The translations under genes and the position numbers were made by a program. From positions 224,001 through 288,000 of the forward strand of contig CAXXLF010000001.1 of the NCBI GenBank assembly GCA_963664015.2: a DNA stretch of 64,000 nt, read 5' to 3'. Origin of the DNA: Candidatus Binatia bacterium (GTDB lineage Bacteria > Desulfobacterota > Binatia > UBA9968 > CAXXLF01). Shown piece by piece: positions 50,861 to 61,305 of the stretch; within the stretch, counting starts at the first letter, position 1, and each line of letters starts with the position of its first letter. The notes beneath the pieces are model-generated. The model was not told the origin of the DNA and ran no database searches. It saw only the letters and a list, made by a program, of their open reading frames with translations.

Positions 50861-52564
50861 TTACTTTTCTAGGCCGATCATAAATTTCCGGCCAAAGACC
50901 CTGCAACTAATGGCCAGGGTCACGAAAGCAAAGATCATAATCACGGCGAGAGCCGACACCGCCGGGAAACTTCCACTAATCCATAATTGGAGCATGTAAA
51001 TGGGAAGGATCAGAGAATCCGGGGCCCAAAGCACAGCCGCCTGGGAAGCAACTTTCGAAGAGAGCACGAACACATACAAACCACCCGCTAGCAGCGATGG
51101 CAAGACCAACGGGATCACTATTCTTTTTAACACCGAGATGAATCCAGAGCCGCTTACCGTAGCGGCCTCTTCCAGTTCCTTATGGAGCTGTCTCAACCCC
51201 GCATTGGTGAAGCGAGTCGCGATGGGAAGAAAGCTCACCAGGTAGATCAGAATTAAAATCCAAATGGTCCCGTAGATAGGATTCGGGAACGCGAGAAACA
51301 CGACCAGAAAGCTGAGACCCATGGCGATTCCCGGGATAGCATAGGGAATGAAGGCAACCGCATCGAGGATCCGGCTCCCCCTGCTCTTTCGTCGAACAGT
51401 CAGCCACGAGATAATCGTGGCCAATAAGATGCACCCTACGCTCACCGTAATACCCAGGATTAAGGTATTCTTTATGGAAAGAATAAATGCCGGATCCCTG
51501 AGGATAAGGCGATAGTTATCCAGGCTCAAACGAGACAGCGCTCTTATGGAAGGAACTTGATGGTAAGGTAATAAGGATTCCCAGCACAGGACCAAAAAGG
51601 GAAGGCCGATCGTGACAAGGAGGTAAAAAACAATAAACGCAGCAGCCAGGATGCGCCATTTACCCAGTGGGATCACCTTTGGCTTGAATCCCTTCCCAGT
51701 GATCGTCGCATACTGCTCCGCTTCAGACATTAGCTTTTGGTAAATAAGCAAGCCGACTACCCCGATAACGATCAGCACAATACTCAAGGCAAAGGCATGC
51801 CCATAGGCAGGAGGTTGAACCTCCCGAGCGGCAATATAGATATTGGTCGCAAAGACCTGGACACCGGAAGAGAGACCCATGATCAAAGGAACTTCAAAGG
51901 CCTCCATTCCCCGGATGAACTGGAGCAACCCCACTCCTGCCAGGGCAGGCATCATCAATCTGAGAGTGATCCCTTTTATGGTCTGCAATTTTCCCGCCCC
52001 ACATACAGTCGATGCCTCTTCCAAAGAGGGATCCATAGAACGCAGACTGGCACCCAGCATCAAAAAAGTGAGGGGGGTCATGGACAGCCCTTGGACCCAA
52101 AACATAGATGTCACTGTGTAGGCATTGAAGATCTTACCCATACCCATCCCTTGGGTAATGTTATTCAGGATTCCGTTGTTTGGTTCCAGTAGGAATACCC
52201 AACCGATGGCCTTTACCATACTCGGGAGGATCAATGGGACGAACATCAGGCCGTAGGTTTGGTTGCGCAGTGGAGCATCGGTGCGTTCCACAAGGAAGGC
52301 GATGATGCCGCCAAAAAAAAACGCCACAACCATAGAGCCGATAGCGAGGAACAGGCTGTCAAAGAGCATGCTCAGGGAGCTAGGGTCCCCCAAGGACTCC
52401 CTGAAATTTTCGAGGGTGAGGTTGTCCAAACGCCAATCGGAAAGAACACTTGCGCCTTCTGGCTTCAAGCTGCTCAAGAGCAAGAAAAAGGGTGGGATCA
52501 GAGACAAGGCCGCTACAAGAGCGACCATACACCCAAGGAATATACTTTCACTCTTGATCTTCAT
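50861..52564 (-). CDS. ABC transporter permease (FbpB-type, two fused domains)
   Basis: Two EAA loops (DPSLEEAS..CGA, HKELEEAA..SGS), many transmembrane helices. Confidence 0.92.
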   Translation of the reverse strand: MKIKSESIFLGCMVALVAALSLIPPFFLLLSSLKPEGASVLSDWRLDNLTLENFRESLGDPSSLSMLFDSLFLAIGSMVVAFFFGGIIAFLVERTDAPLRNQTYGLMFVPLILPSMVKAIGWVFLLEPNNGILNNITQGMGMGKIFNAYTVTSMFWVQGLSMTPLTFLMLGASLRSMDPSLEEASTVCGAGKLQTIKGITLRLMMPALAGVGLLQFIRGMEAFEVPLIMGLSSGVQVFATNIYIAAREVQPPAYGHAFALSIVLIVIGVVGLLIYQKLMSEAEQYATITGKGFKPKVIPLGKWRILAAAFIVFYLLVTIGLPFLVLCWESLLPYHQVPSIRALSRLSLDNYRLILRDPAFILSIKNTLILGITVSVGCILLATIISWLTVRRKSRGSRILDAVAFIPYAIPGIAMGLSFLVVFLAFPNPIYGTIWILILIYLVSFLPIATRFTNAGLRQLHKELEEAATVSGSGFISVLKRIVIPLVLPSLLAGGLYVFVLSSKVASQAAVLWAPDSLILPIYMLQLWISGSFPAVSALAVIMIFAFVTLAISCRVFGRKFMIGLEK

Positions 52565-52623
52565 CCCGGTAGACCATTAGTAACCTGGAACTCAATCTGT
52601 GCAGTACGCAACTCTGGGACTGA

Positions 52624-52709
52624 GGGGGATCGTCTCCATGAACCGACAGGACTCGTGACTAGCCGCTAGGCGATCCCCCCGAAATGACCAGTGGGCTCAC
52701 TGGTCATTT
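52624..52709. other. Two strong hairpins between the binding-protein and permease genes
   Basis: AAATGACCAGTG-GGCT-CACTGGTCATTT (52682-52709) and GGGGGATCG...CGATCCCCC (52624-52680). Confidence 0.55.
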
Positions 52710-52729
52710 ATGCAGAACGCTATGGGTTA

Positions 52730-53800
52730 TTATTTCTTTTTCCCTCTTCGGACCCCAAGAGTGGTAGACCACCAATTAGTGGCTTTCTTGGCGTTCGCTT
52801 TAGTCGCCAATGCAAGAGGGAGGATCTCATACTCGAGTCCGATCTCTTTCATTTTCCGACCCGCTATGGTTTTCCCTTGAAGCTGAGGGTCCACGGGCGG
52901 AACCGCGTGGGCATCGGAGTAATCAACCATCCCCTGTTCCGACGTGAGATACTCGATCAGAAGCCTGGAGGCGTTGGGATGGCTTACCATGCGTGGCTGG
53001 GTGATGCATCGAGTGGAGCCGACCGTCTTTCCGACTCGAACGAAATCTATGGGGGCGCCTTTTGCCTGGTACTGTATCCCCTCGTTGAAAACATTGAGCA
53101 AAAGGATCGCGTAGGACCCTCCCACCAGGAGCTCATTGGGCCCTTTGAAGCCACGGCTTACACGCGGCTTACTGTTTCGGATCACCTCACCCCAGTAGTC
53201 AAAGGAGGCCTCCCAGTTCAACGTATTCTCCTGTGTCCGGAGCTGATAGGCGGTCATGAGCGGAAAGCTGGCCCCCGAAGAAGAAATCAAGGCCTGACCT
53301 GGTCCCCATGTAGGCTTTCTCATATCATCCCATGACTTGGGCGCTTTGTCCCTCGGTAAAAGTTCCGGATTATAGGTCGGGAGATAGAGCTGGACAGTAA
53401 TGTTTCTCCAATAGTTATGCTTGGGCTGATGAGGCCAGCGGTTAACACGATCTGGCCAATCAAACTTACCCAAAGCATTGGCAGCCTTCAGGCGAGGCAA
53501 TTGCCGGAGGCTTGTGATTACCACATCGGCGGACTTTTTATTGACCTTGGACTCTTCAATAACCTTGTTTGCCAATGGCGTGCTAAAAGAGGACCAAACC
53601 TTTACTTTGATTTCGGGATAGAGCTTCCGGAACCCTCGAAGAACTTTTTCCTCATTGCGCAAGGCGGTGATCCATAACACCACCTCCCCTTCCTTTTTTG
53701 CCTTCTCGATGGTTTTCTGATCGGCGCCCTGGACCGCGAAGGGAATCAAAAACAAACTCAGTAGCGTAGCAGTCAGGAATAATCCAAATTGTTTTTTCAT
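52730..53800 (-). CDS. ABC transporter substrate-binding protein (Fe3+/thiamine-like class)
   Basis: Signal peptide, AKKEG.V, YN..L......PKSW.D, HPNA.RL..EYL.S..G. Confidence 0.88.
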   Translation of the reverse strand: MKKQFGLFLTATLLSLFLIPFAVQGADQKTIEKAKKEGEVVLWITALRNEEKVLRGFRKLYPEIKVKVWSSFSTPLANKVIEESKVNKKSADVVITSLRQLPRLKAANALGKFDWPDRVNRWPHQPKHNYWRNITVQLYLPTYNPELLPRDKAPKSWDDMRKPTWGPGQALISSSGASFPLMTAYQLRTQENTLNWEASFDYWGEVIRNSKPRVSRGFKGPNELLVGGSYAILLLNVFNEGIQYQAKGAPIDFVRVGKTVGSTRCITQPRMVSHPNASRLLIEYLTSEQGMVDYSDAHAVPPVDPQLQGKTIAGRKMKEIGLEYEILPLALATKANAKKATNWWSTTLGVRRGKKK

Positions 53801-53978
53801 AATGCCCCCTAAAATATTTTTTACTTCTCAAGGTTCCACAACCTTTGTAAGACCCTCGCATTGTTATTATAGATCCGATTCAGTGTCAAGCAATAACATG
53901 ATCCCGTGAGAATCATATTATTGTTTCTTTTCAATATCTTAAAAGGCAATGGAGCTTAAATACCGGCGGCCGCGGCGT

Positions 53979-54665
53979 TTAGTTGTTACCACTCTCTAAC
54001 TTATGGGTGAACCCGATTTGATCAAACGGGTTCACTACGCTGGTAGCGACATTACGAAGATGAGCATTGATGCGTTTTAGATAGCGGTAATACAATGCCA
54101 ACGAAGCTGCATCATTGCTTGGGATTTCTTTATCCGTACCTTTAATGTAATCAATAACACGTTGATCGCAAAGCCGACTCACCCACTGGTAATCGCCAAG
54201 GAGCTTCTCCGCGCCCTTGGCGTCCGACGCCTCAAAAATATTCCGCACCTGTCTAAAGCTATCTTCAACCGCAACTTCGATCTTTCTTAGATCCTCTTCA
54301 AACATTCCTCCATGCAACCGGGCCGGGTGGTTCATGGCCAATTCCACGATATTCTTTGTGTAGTCTCCAACCCGCTCAATATCGATAATAATGCTCACCA
54401 AGAGTAACCCCGAGTTGATATCCGCCGCCCCCGCCACGGTTAGATGGCTCAACACATTCCGGCGCACCTCCCGCTCGTATTTATTGACCTCAATATCCCG
54501 TTCGTAAATGTCGATATCGAGTTGACTGATATCCATTTCCCGCAAGGATATTTTGGCTTTGACAAACATCTCATGGGTAATGTCCACCATCTGGTATGAG
54601 CGCTTGTAAGCCCTATCGAGAAGCGTGTCTTTGCTAAAAATTGCGAATAATTCTTTAAGTATCAT
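53979..54665 (-). CDS. PhoU domain protein
   Basis: D.EVN.YE..VRR, DIERVGDY.KNI; adjacent to the Na/Pi transporter. Confidence 0.85.
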   Translation of the reverse strand: MILKELFAIFSKDTLLDRAYKRSYQMVDITHEMFVKAKISLREMDISQLDIDIYERDIEVNKYEREVRRNVLSHLTVAGAADINSGLLLVSIIIDIERVGDYTKNIVELAMNHPARLHGGMFEEDLRKIEVAVEDSFRQVRNIFEASDAKGAEKLLGDYQWVSRLCDQRVIDYIKGTDKEIPSNDAASLALYYRYLKRINAHLRNVATSVVNPFDQIGFTHKLESGNN

Positions 54666-54673
54666 AGATCACC

Positions 54674-55762
54674 TCACTGAAAAAAGATGATTACGGCTAT
54701 GGGTAAAAGGAAAAAGACCGTAATAATGTAGAGAAATGGGACAATTCGGTTGATTACTGCCCACTCGGAAACTCTCCTGGACAAGGACAGAGGCAAACTT
54801 CTAAGCGGCCACCATATCACGATTCCTGTAATATTGAAGAGCAGGTGCACAAATGCGACGACCACGGCCTTAGGGTTCTCGGTAGCCAGGGCGGCCAATA
54901 TGGCGGTAAACGTGGTCCCGACATTGGCCCCAAGCGTATAAGGGAAGATCTGTTCAAGGCTCAAGATGCCGGCACCGGCCATAGGGATAATTAAACTCGT
55001 AGTGATGGAACTGCTCTGGGCTAAAATCGTGAGAAGCAGGCCAACAATAAAACCTCTCATCGCAGTCTTGAATAGAACCTGGTCAAACCACACCTCTGCC
55101 CTTTTAACCGCGAGCACTCTAAGAACGCTCACTAAACGATTGAGAGATAAAAAGAGTAAAACTAGAGACAAGGCAAGAAGAACCCAGGGGTAGGCTTCGA
55201 ACCAGTGGACCAGGAGATTGACTAAGGGCTTCGTAGCAGACCTGACGGGATTGAAGAGCTTCATACCGCCGGAATGTTGAAATTTATCCGCCATGTGCGT
55301 CGCGGCAATGCCAAGAAAATTGGTCATGGATTGCAGCGGAAAAATGACCAATACGGAGAGCAGGTTAAAAAAATCGTGGACGGTAGAAGCGGCAAAGCAA
55401 CGACGAAACTCTTGAGATCGATTAATATGCGCCAAGGAGACCAACGTATTCGTCACCGAAGTACCGATATTGGCTCCCATGATGATCGGTATAGCGTTGG
55501 GAACGCTAAGGACATTACTACCGACCATCGCAACAACGATGGAAGTAGTCGAGGACGAACTCTGAATCAAAGAGGTAGCCAGAATACCAATGAACAGTCC
55601 CACCAATGGCACAGATGTTGTGGCAATCATGGTTTCGGCAAAGCCCTTGCCAAACATCTTCAAGGCCACACCCATCAGAGCCACACTGGTCAGAAACAAA
55701 TAGAGGAAGAGAAACAGCAACAGGAGAGGAATAATAGTGGTTTTGACTGTCTTGCGATCCAT
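54674..55762 (-). CDS. Na+/phosphate cotransporter family protein
   Basis: Duplicated QSSS..TS and GANIGT/GANVGT motifs, VHDFFN. Confidence 0.92.
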   Translation of the reverse strand: MDRKTVKTTIIPLLLLFLFLYLFLTSVALMGVALKMFGKGFAETMIATTSVPLVGLFIGILATSLIQSSSSTTSIVVAMVGSNVLSVPNAIPIIMGANIGTSVTNTLVSLAHINRSQEFRRCFAASTVHDFFNLLSVLVIFPLQSMTNFLGIAATHMADKFQHSGGMKLFNPVRSATKPLVNLLVHWFEAYPWVLLALSLVLLFLSLNRLVSVLRVLAVKRAEVWFDQVLFKTAMRGFIVGLLLTILAQSSSITTSLIIPMAGAGILSLEQIFPYTLGANVGTTFTAILAALATENPKAVVVAFVHLLFNITGIVIWWPLRSLPLSLSRRVSEWAVINRIVPFLYIITVFFLLPIAVIIFFQ

Positions 55763-55837
55763 TCTTATTTACGGCTTCTTTCCTGAAGACTCGCTTCTCA
55801 ACTCATGGACCATCCAACCATGGGTCAACTATGACTC

Positions 55838-55882
55838 TGGTGCGCCCGGAGGGATTCGAACCCCCAGCCTACAGATCCGTAG
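55838..55882 (-). other. Displaced 3' half of tRNA-Arg(ACG); att junction of an integrated element
   Basis: Minus strand CTACGGATCTGTAGGCTGGGGGTTCGAATCCCTCCGGGCGCACCA covers anticodon loop to CCA; no D arm or 5' acceptor strand upstream. Confidence 0.85.
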
Positions 55883-55978
55883 ATTGCTGGAACCAGTAAT
55901 GGGATGCACTGAGGGGGAATAGAAGTCTTGATTTGCAATGACTCGTTCCCTGTCAGTCCATGTGCTTTTATCACAGTC

Positions 55979-56162
55979 TGGTAGCAAAGTGGTAGCAAGA
56001 ATATTTCACAAACGACTTCCCCAAAATTCTGAAACGAATACCGGGGAGCCGTGTAAATGGACGAATGGGTGACTCGATGGCCTACAGATACCTTCTTTGT
56101 GGATGCTTAAAATCACTTGCAAACTCAGTGGGTTATTCTCACCTGCTACCAGTCTGCTACCA
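55979..56162. repeat. Four TGGTAGCA octamers in two inverted tandem pairs (candidate integrase arm sites)
   Basis: TGGTAGCA at 55979 and 55990; TGCTACCA at 56144 and 56155; 11-bp period in both pairs. Confidence 0.65.
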
Positions 56163-56610
56163 TCATGTAGGGAAGGCGCATGAGCAATAATCCCAAGCGT
56201 GGCAGAAGCGTTCCCCCAGGAAACAGAACCGCTCTCCAGCATGGGCTTCATACCTATAGAGTGAGACTGAACGGCGATAGGTTGGACCGAAGATCTGGGC
56301 TGTCACGGTCTGGATGAAGTCGGATGGCCACAGCATCCACCACAACGGACAAAGTACCCCAGGCGGGGGAGGGTCGATGTCGAGTGAGGTGAATGAGAGA
56401 TCCTGGATGAGTCCCGCCAAGAAAATTTTACTATATTTTCACACGAAGCGATGGGCGTCCCTGGAGTTGAAGCGGGCCTTGTCACACGATATCCCCGACT
56501 TTGCCTTACGGTCCTTCTAAGCCCCCTCAGAAGCCAACTCATTAAATGTCACTTTTGGATAGGCTCAGACCCGCTCTGGGCTTGGGTTTACTCGGTGTTA
56601 GACAGCCAGG

Positions 56611-56690
56611 ACGCAATTAATGAGCTAATTAAATGCGTCTTGCCGGTCATTGGGTAAGGAAACAGCGGCCCAATGTGGACCGCCGCCTTC
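56611..56690. repeat. Palindromic site A (11-6-11) plus a right flank shared with site C
   Basis: ACGCAATTAAT-GAGCTA-ATTAAATGCGT followed by CGGTCATTGGG...GCGGCCC...GGACCGCCGCCTTC. Confidence 0.7.
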
Positions 56691-56718
56691 GTTAGCTGCG
56701 CGCAAATTGGAGGTCTAT

Positions 56719-58380
56719 CTATTTCTTGTGGATTACAATGCTGCCGCCGCCCAATCCAGTCGCATCATCCCCGGTGTCAGGAGCCTCCAGCTTGTTGTCA
56801 TAGACTATTATGTCAGTTGCTGTGTTCTAAATCTTGATACGAAATCTATCAACTCCACCACCGCCAGCGATGGCTCCGTCAATTGCCGTTAGCATAAAAC
56901 CGTAGTTATCACCTCCATTGATGGTACCGACACCCTTGAATTGAGCACGAGCACCGGCCACGACCAACCACTCGTAGGTGTTCGAGTGGAAGTTCAGGTC
57001 TGCAACTTTGAACTGAAACTCGGTCACGCCAGTCGGGGTGTGGGCGCCCTTCTTGTACTTTGATACAAACCCGAAGTTCGCCTTGCCTGTGAGCGATGGA
57101 TTAGGGGTGTAGCCTCCCCAGGGAGAGTTGATCCAACCACCGCCGGTGATAAAACCAGCGATCGGATCGTAAACGGCGAGCAATACACACGTTTCATTGC
57201 CAGTGTTACCTGATGCATCAGTTCCAGATACACAGATTGTGTGAACGCCAGTGGATGTAAACCCGGATAGAATTGATGTCACTGCCTCGACAACGTCATC
57301 GAAGCTACCATCCCGCGCGGTCATTGGAACTGAAGCTGCACCGTCAATTATGTAGCTGGCAGCGGCGATGGTCGAGCCTCCCGTGCCCCAATCGTCGACA
57401 TCGGCGATCAGTCTGACATCGGTATTCACAACAGCTGGGTTTGCGGTAGCCAAGACGGCAGCGGTCTCCGGACCTTCATCGTCTGCCACCAACGAGAAGA
57501 CATATGCTGCTCCGGTTATCCGGGTGGGTGAACTAGCGTGGTCATGGGTGTGCGCACCAATTAGGGCCGTATTGCCGCTCATCGCTACGCCGATTCCGAA
57601 GCGGCTACCCTCGTGCGAATCGCTTGCGGTGAATTTGGCTTCCCTGGCCCAAGTACTGCCGCTAGGGACAAAGGAATAGACAGCGCCGGTATAGTTGTCT
57701 TCTCCTTCGCCGGCAGCCCCAATCAAAGCCCGGTCGCCATATAGCGCGAGCCCAAAGAAACTCAACGATCCGAACTGAGCTGGATCGCCTAAGAACTTCT
57801 GTGGTTCCACCCATTCCGTGCCATCGAACTCGAACACGTAGGCAGAGCCACTGGAATCGCCATTGCCGTCGCCGTTATCGTTTATGCTACCAATGATCGC
57901 CGTGCCGCCGTTGAGGCCGACACACTCGCCGAGCCTGTCGTTGGCTGCGGCGTCACTAGGAGTGAGCTTTTGCACTTCACTCCACGTCGCCCCGTCGAAA
58001 GTGAATACGTAGGCGGCTTCACCGCCGAATCCGGTACCGATGATCGCTGTGTTGCCATCGAGAGCTACGAAGAATCCAAACCGATCGAACGCAGCACCGT
58101 CGCTGGCAGTGAGTTTCTGCACTTGAGTCCAATTCGTTCCATCGAACGTAAACACGTAAGCGGAGCCGGTTGCCTCTCCGTTGTCAGTATCTCCACTAGC
58201 GCCAATCACAACCCCCTCGCCGTCGAGCGCGACTGAACGACCAAAAACATCAAAGGTCTCACCATCGTTGCCCAACATTTCTGCCAGCTCCGTTGGGGGC
58301 TCGGCCTTCGCAGTATTCACATAGAAACCGTTCAGGACAAGCATGATTGCGGCTATCGGGATAAGAGCCTTGATAGTCAT
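56719..58380 (-). pseudogene. Secreted FG-GAP repeat protein with Ig-like and C-terminal beta domains; premature TAG 36 codons before the natural end
   Basis: Repeated D.FG.SVALDG...IGA / GSAYVF; the frame continues RFRIKI*NTATDIIVYDN...LGGGSIVIHKK* past the TAG at 56827. Confidence 0.75.
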
Positions 58381-58480
58381 GGACACCTCCTTGAGGAACA
58401 TCTCTGTCACTCTGCTGGGCCTCACATCGAGCAAGCTGGTTGTTTAGAGCAAAGGGGGAGGTCTTATTGGCGGATAGCGC

Positions 58481-58598
58481 CCCAATATCACCGTGAGAAA
58501 TAGTGTCAAGGGGCTAAAGTTTCGACACGACGCAATTAAACGACGCTTTAATTGATTCCTACCTCAGATTGACATAACAGCCCGTTATCGAGTATTGT
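58481..58598. repeat. Palindromic site B (58530-58557) flanked by divergent sigma70-like promoters
   Basis: ACGCAATTAAA-CGACGC-TTTAATTGATT; TTGACA on the minus strand at 58504-58509 and TTGACA-18-TATTGT on the plus strand at 58569-58598. Confidence 0.7.
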
Positions 58599-59282
58599 TC
58601 CCAAGGCTCGAAAAGCGAGTTTCTACCAGAGACACGGGAGCCTGGCTGCTTTGCTACGATGGTCGTCGCTGGCTATCTTCGAAAGCAGGCACCACGGAGC
58701 CGCGTGCGGCAATTTTTGATTTTCGCGCGGCCTCATTCGCAGGAGATGGCATTTGGAGGCCCCCACGCGCCCCGGCTCACAGTCCGATCGCTCGGGTATG
58801 CTTGCTCCCTGTTGAAAGCCGCCCTCATCCGATATAATCGGGGTAGCTTCTCGAACGAAGACCAACAACGAAGCCCCAGACAATACGATCCGGGCGCGTT
58901 TTTCACGTTCGACCCGATGGTGACGGGGGCAGCATCCGTCGTCTCTGGAGCTGTCGCGCTGCTTGGGAAGTGCTGGAGAACTCCAGCCAAATGTCAAGGC
59001 CGTGTTTCCGCGCCAGTTCGATATTCAAACGGCCTTCGAGTTTGCTTGTATCGACACGGCGGTCATAGACGTGCGCGTCCCGAGCCCCAGCAGTACGGAG
59101 GCCGGCCGTTGGCGAGTTGGACACGGAAACCAACGCGGCTTTTGGAAACCATCCAAGCAAGCCGCGTCAGGGATTGGAGTGGGACAAGCCAATGTGGTTC
59201 TTTCGTGTCAATGGGGCAAAATGGTGGAGGCCCGAAGTAGACCTCGCATTGTTTCCGTTCACTCAACCGAAAGCGAGAGGTG

Positions 59283-60215
59283 ATGACCATATTTGACAGT
59301 AAGATCGATCGGGTATCGACGGCGGTATTACTTGCTGCTGGCACTGGAAGCCGACTTCAGCCGATAACGGATAACGCACCGAAGTGCCTGACCGAAATCA
59401 ACGGGGTGACCATACTTGAACGACAGCTCCATGGCTTGCGCCAGCAAGGCTTCAGGCGGCTGGTCGTAGTTTTAGGCTACATGGGTGATTGTATCCGTGA
59501 ATTCTTGGTAGATCATGCCGCCGGTCTGACGGTTGACTACGTTACCAATCCGCGGTATCGGACGACCAATAACCTTTACTCGCTGTGGCTCGCTCGAAAG
59601 GAAGTTCGTGAGCCTTTTCTGCTGGTTGAGTGTGATCTTGTTTTCGACGCGTCCTTGCTGGGAGACATGCTTCATCCCAACAAGATCGCCGTCTCGCAGA
59701 GGCGGGCCTGGATGAATGGCACGACGGTCACGGTGGACCCTTCCCAGCGGGTTACGACTGTGCAGGTCGGTGGCAGTGCGATTCCCAACAACTTCAGCTA
59801 CAAGACGGTTAATATTTGCAGCCTCTCGATGGCATCGTGGCAGCGTGTCCACGAACGATTGACCCGGCGCGTTTTAGCAGGCAGAGTGAACGAGTATTAT
59901 GAGGCCGTGTTCGCGGACATGGTCGCGGACGGCAGCCTTTCTTTTGATGCTGTTTTTTTTGATCCCGACCGTTGGCACGAGGTAGACACCCTCGGGGATC
60001 TGCACGAATGCGAACGGCTGTTCTCGATGCATCCTGATCAAATACCACATCGGGTGAGCATAGCCACCTCTGGAACCCGAACGTTCCGCCGAATTCCCCA
60101 AAGTCGGACAAGCCCGTTCGCCGCGGTTGGTGCAGTCCCGAATTCACAACGGGAGAAGTTAGACCCAGGAGACCAATCCGCCATTGCTAAAAAACATGAC
60201 CTATCTCGATCGTGA
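59283..60215 (+). CDS. LicC-like phosphocholine/phosphoethanolamine cytidylyltransferase
   Basis: LAAGTGSRL.P.T...PKCL, N..Y.TTNNLYSLWLA, ECDLVF, YYE.VF, W.EVD...DL. Confidence 0.85.
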   Translation: MTIFDSKIDRVSTAVLLAAGTGSRLQPITDNAPKCLTEINGVTILERQLHGLRQQGFRRLVVVLGYMGDCIREFLVDHAAGLTVDYVTNPRYRTTNNLYSLWLARKEVREPFLLVECDLVFDASLLGDMLHPNKIAVSQRRAWMNGTTVTVDPSQRVTTVQVGGSAIPNNFSYKTVNICSLSMASWQRVHERLTRRVLAGRVNEYYEAVFADMVADGSLSFDAVFFDPDRWHEVDTLGDLHECERLFSMHPDQIPHRVSIATSGTRTFRRIPQSRTSPFAAVGAVPNSQREKLDPGDQSAIAKKHDLSRS

Positions 60216-61305
60216 ATCCCAGGAGCAAAAATACGAATTCATCACCGGCCAGCATGGCGGTTACTGGCGTCATGATTTCGTCGACCATGCCTATCTCTAC
60301 AATCTCTATTTCCCTCCGGATGCACTGCTGGCTTATTTTGGAAACCACCTGCGAGAACTGGTTCTAAATTATCCTGTTGCCCAGGACGTTCTTGCCGGTC
60401 TGGTCGGCACGTTGATCGGACAACCATCTGAACGGATTGTCGTTGGCAACGGTGCCTCGGAACTAATCAAGGTCATCTCGTGCAATCTCTCAGGTCAATT
60501 GATCGTCCCGGTACCCTCGTTTAACGAATACGTCAACGCAGCTCCAACGGATCGGGCTATCGAGTTTCCCCTTGGGCCGCCCAAATTTGAGTTGGAAGTC
60601 GACCAGTTTGCCGCCCAGGCCGCTCGCTGCAAGGCCGAGGTTGCCATCGTGGTAACGCCGAACAACCCGACATCGCTTGTCGTGCCAAGGACCGACCTAC
60701 TCCGCCTGGCAAAGAGCCTTGCCGGCCATGAATGCACACTGATCGTTGACGAATCCTTCATTGATTTTGCCCCCCATCGCGAACAGTTGACGCTGGAGCG
60801 AGACATCGAGCACCATCCTAACCTAGCTGTCATCAAGAGCATGAGCAAAGCCTACGGCATCTGCGGACTACGCATCGGCTATTTGCTCACCGCCAACAGC
60901 GAACTTGCCGAGACGATTCGCGGCCGGATTCCGATCTGGAACATCAACGGCTTTGCCGAGGCGTTTCTTCGTCACGTGCCGAAGTACCGCCTGGAGTTCA
61001 GTGAAAGCTGCCGGCAGGTTGCGGCCGATCGGGACGCTCTTTATCGGCAGTTGTGTACGGTTTCCGGGATGACCGCCTACCGGCCCACCGCAAACTTTAT
61101 TTTCTGTCGTCTTCCCAACGGGGCTGCCAGCAGTCCCGAGGTGACCCGCCGTCTGTTCGTCGAGCACAACATCTACGTAAAACACTGCCAGGGCAAAACG
61201 CTCCCCGACGGCGACCGCTATCTTCGAATTGCCAGCCGCACTCAGCCTGAGAATGTGAAACTGGTCGAAGCGTTGAAAGATATCATCGGCCCGAAAGATC
61301 ACTGA
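60196..61305 (+). CDS. Class I/II PLP enzyme, HisC/CobD-like (possible amino-acid-phosphate decarboxylase)
   Basis: GNGASELI, P.F.EY, PNNPT, VDESFIDF, SMSKAYGICGLRIGY, RIASR...EN..L. Confidence 0.85.
   Translation: MTYLDRESQEQKYEFITGQHGGYWRHDFVDHAYLYNLYFPPDALLAYFGNHLRELVLNYPVAQDVLAGLVGTLIGQPSERIVVGNGASELIKVISCNLSGQLIVPVPSFNEYVNAAPTDRAIEFPLGPPKFELEVDQFAAQAARCKAEVAIVVTPNNPTSLVVPRTDLLRLAKSLAGHECTLIVDESFIDFAPHREQLTLERDIEHHPNLAVIKSMSKAYGICGLRIGYLLTANSELAETIRGRIPIWNINGFAEAFLRHVPKYRLEFSESCRQVAADRDALYRQLCTVSGMTAYRPTANFIFCRLPNGAASSPEVTRRLFVEHNIYVKHCQGKTLPDGDRYLRIASRTQPENVKLVEALKDIIGPKDH

Noticed and set aside
55838-55882. A complete tRNA-Arg gene
   Set aside because: Only the anticodon loop to CCA is present; upstream sequence cannot form the D arm or acceptor stem.
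56006-56657. Short ORFs next to the att site
   Set aside because: Mutually overlapping with no recognisable family; cannot be supported.
56530-56700. Integron attC site (GTTAGAC and GTTAGCT resemble GTTRRRY)
   Set aside because: No properly spaced complementary RYYYAAC and L boxes, nothing similar at sites B or C, and no IntI evidence.
58595-59344. ORFs between site B and the cytidylyltransferase gene
   Set aside because: No recognisable domain or clear RBS in any frame; may be a long leader or decayed gene.
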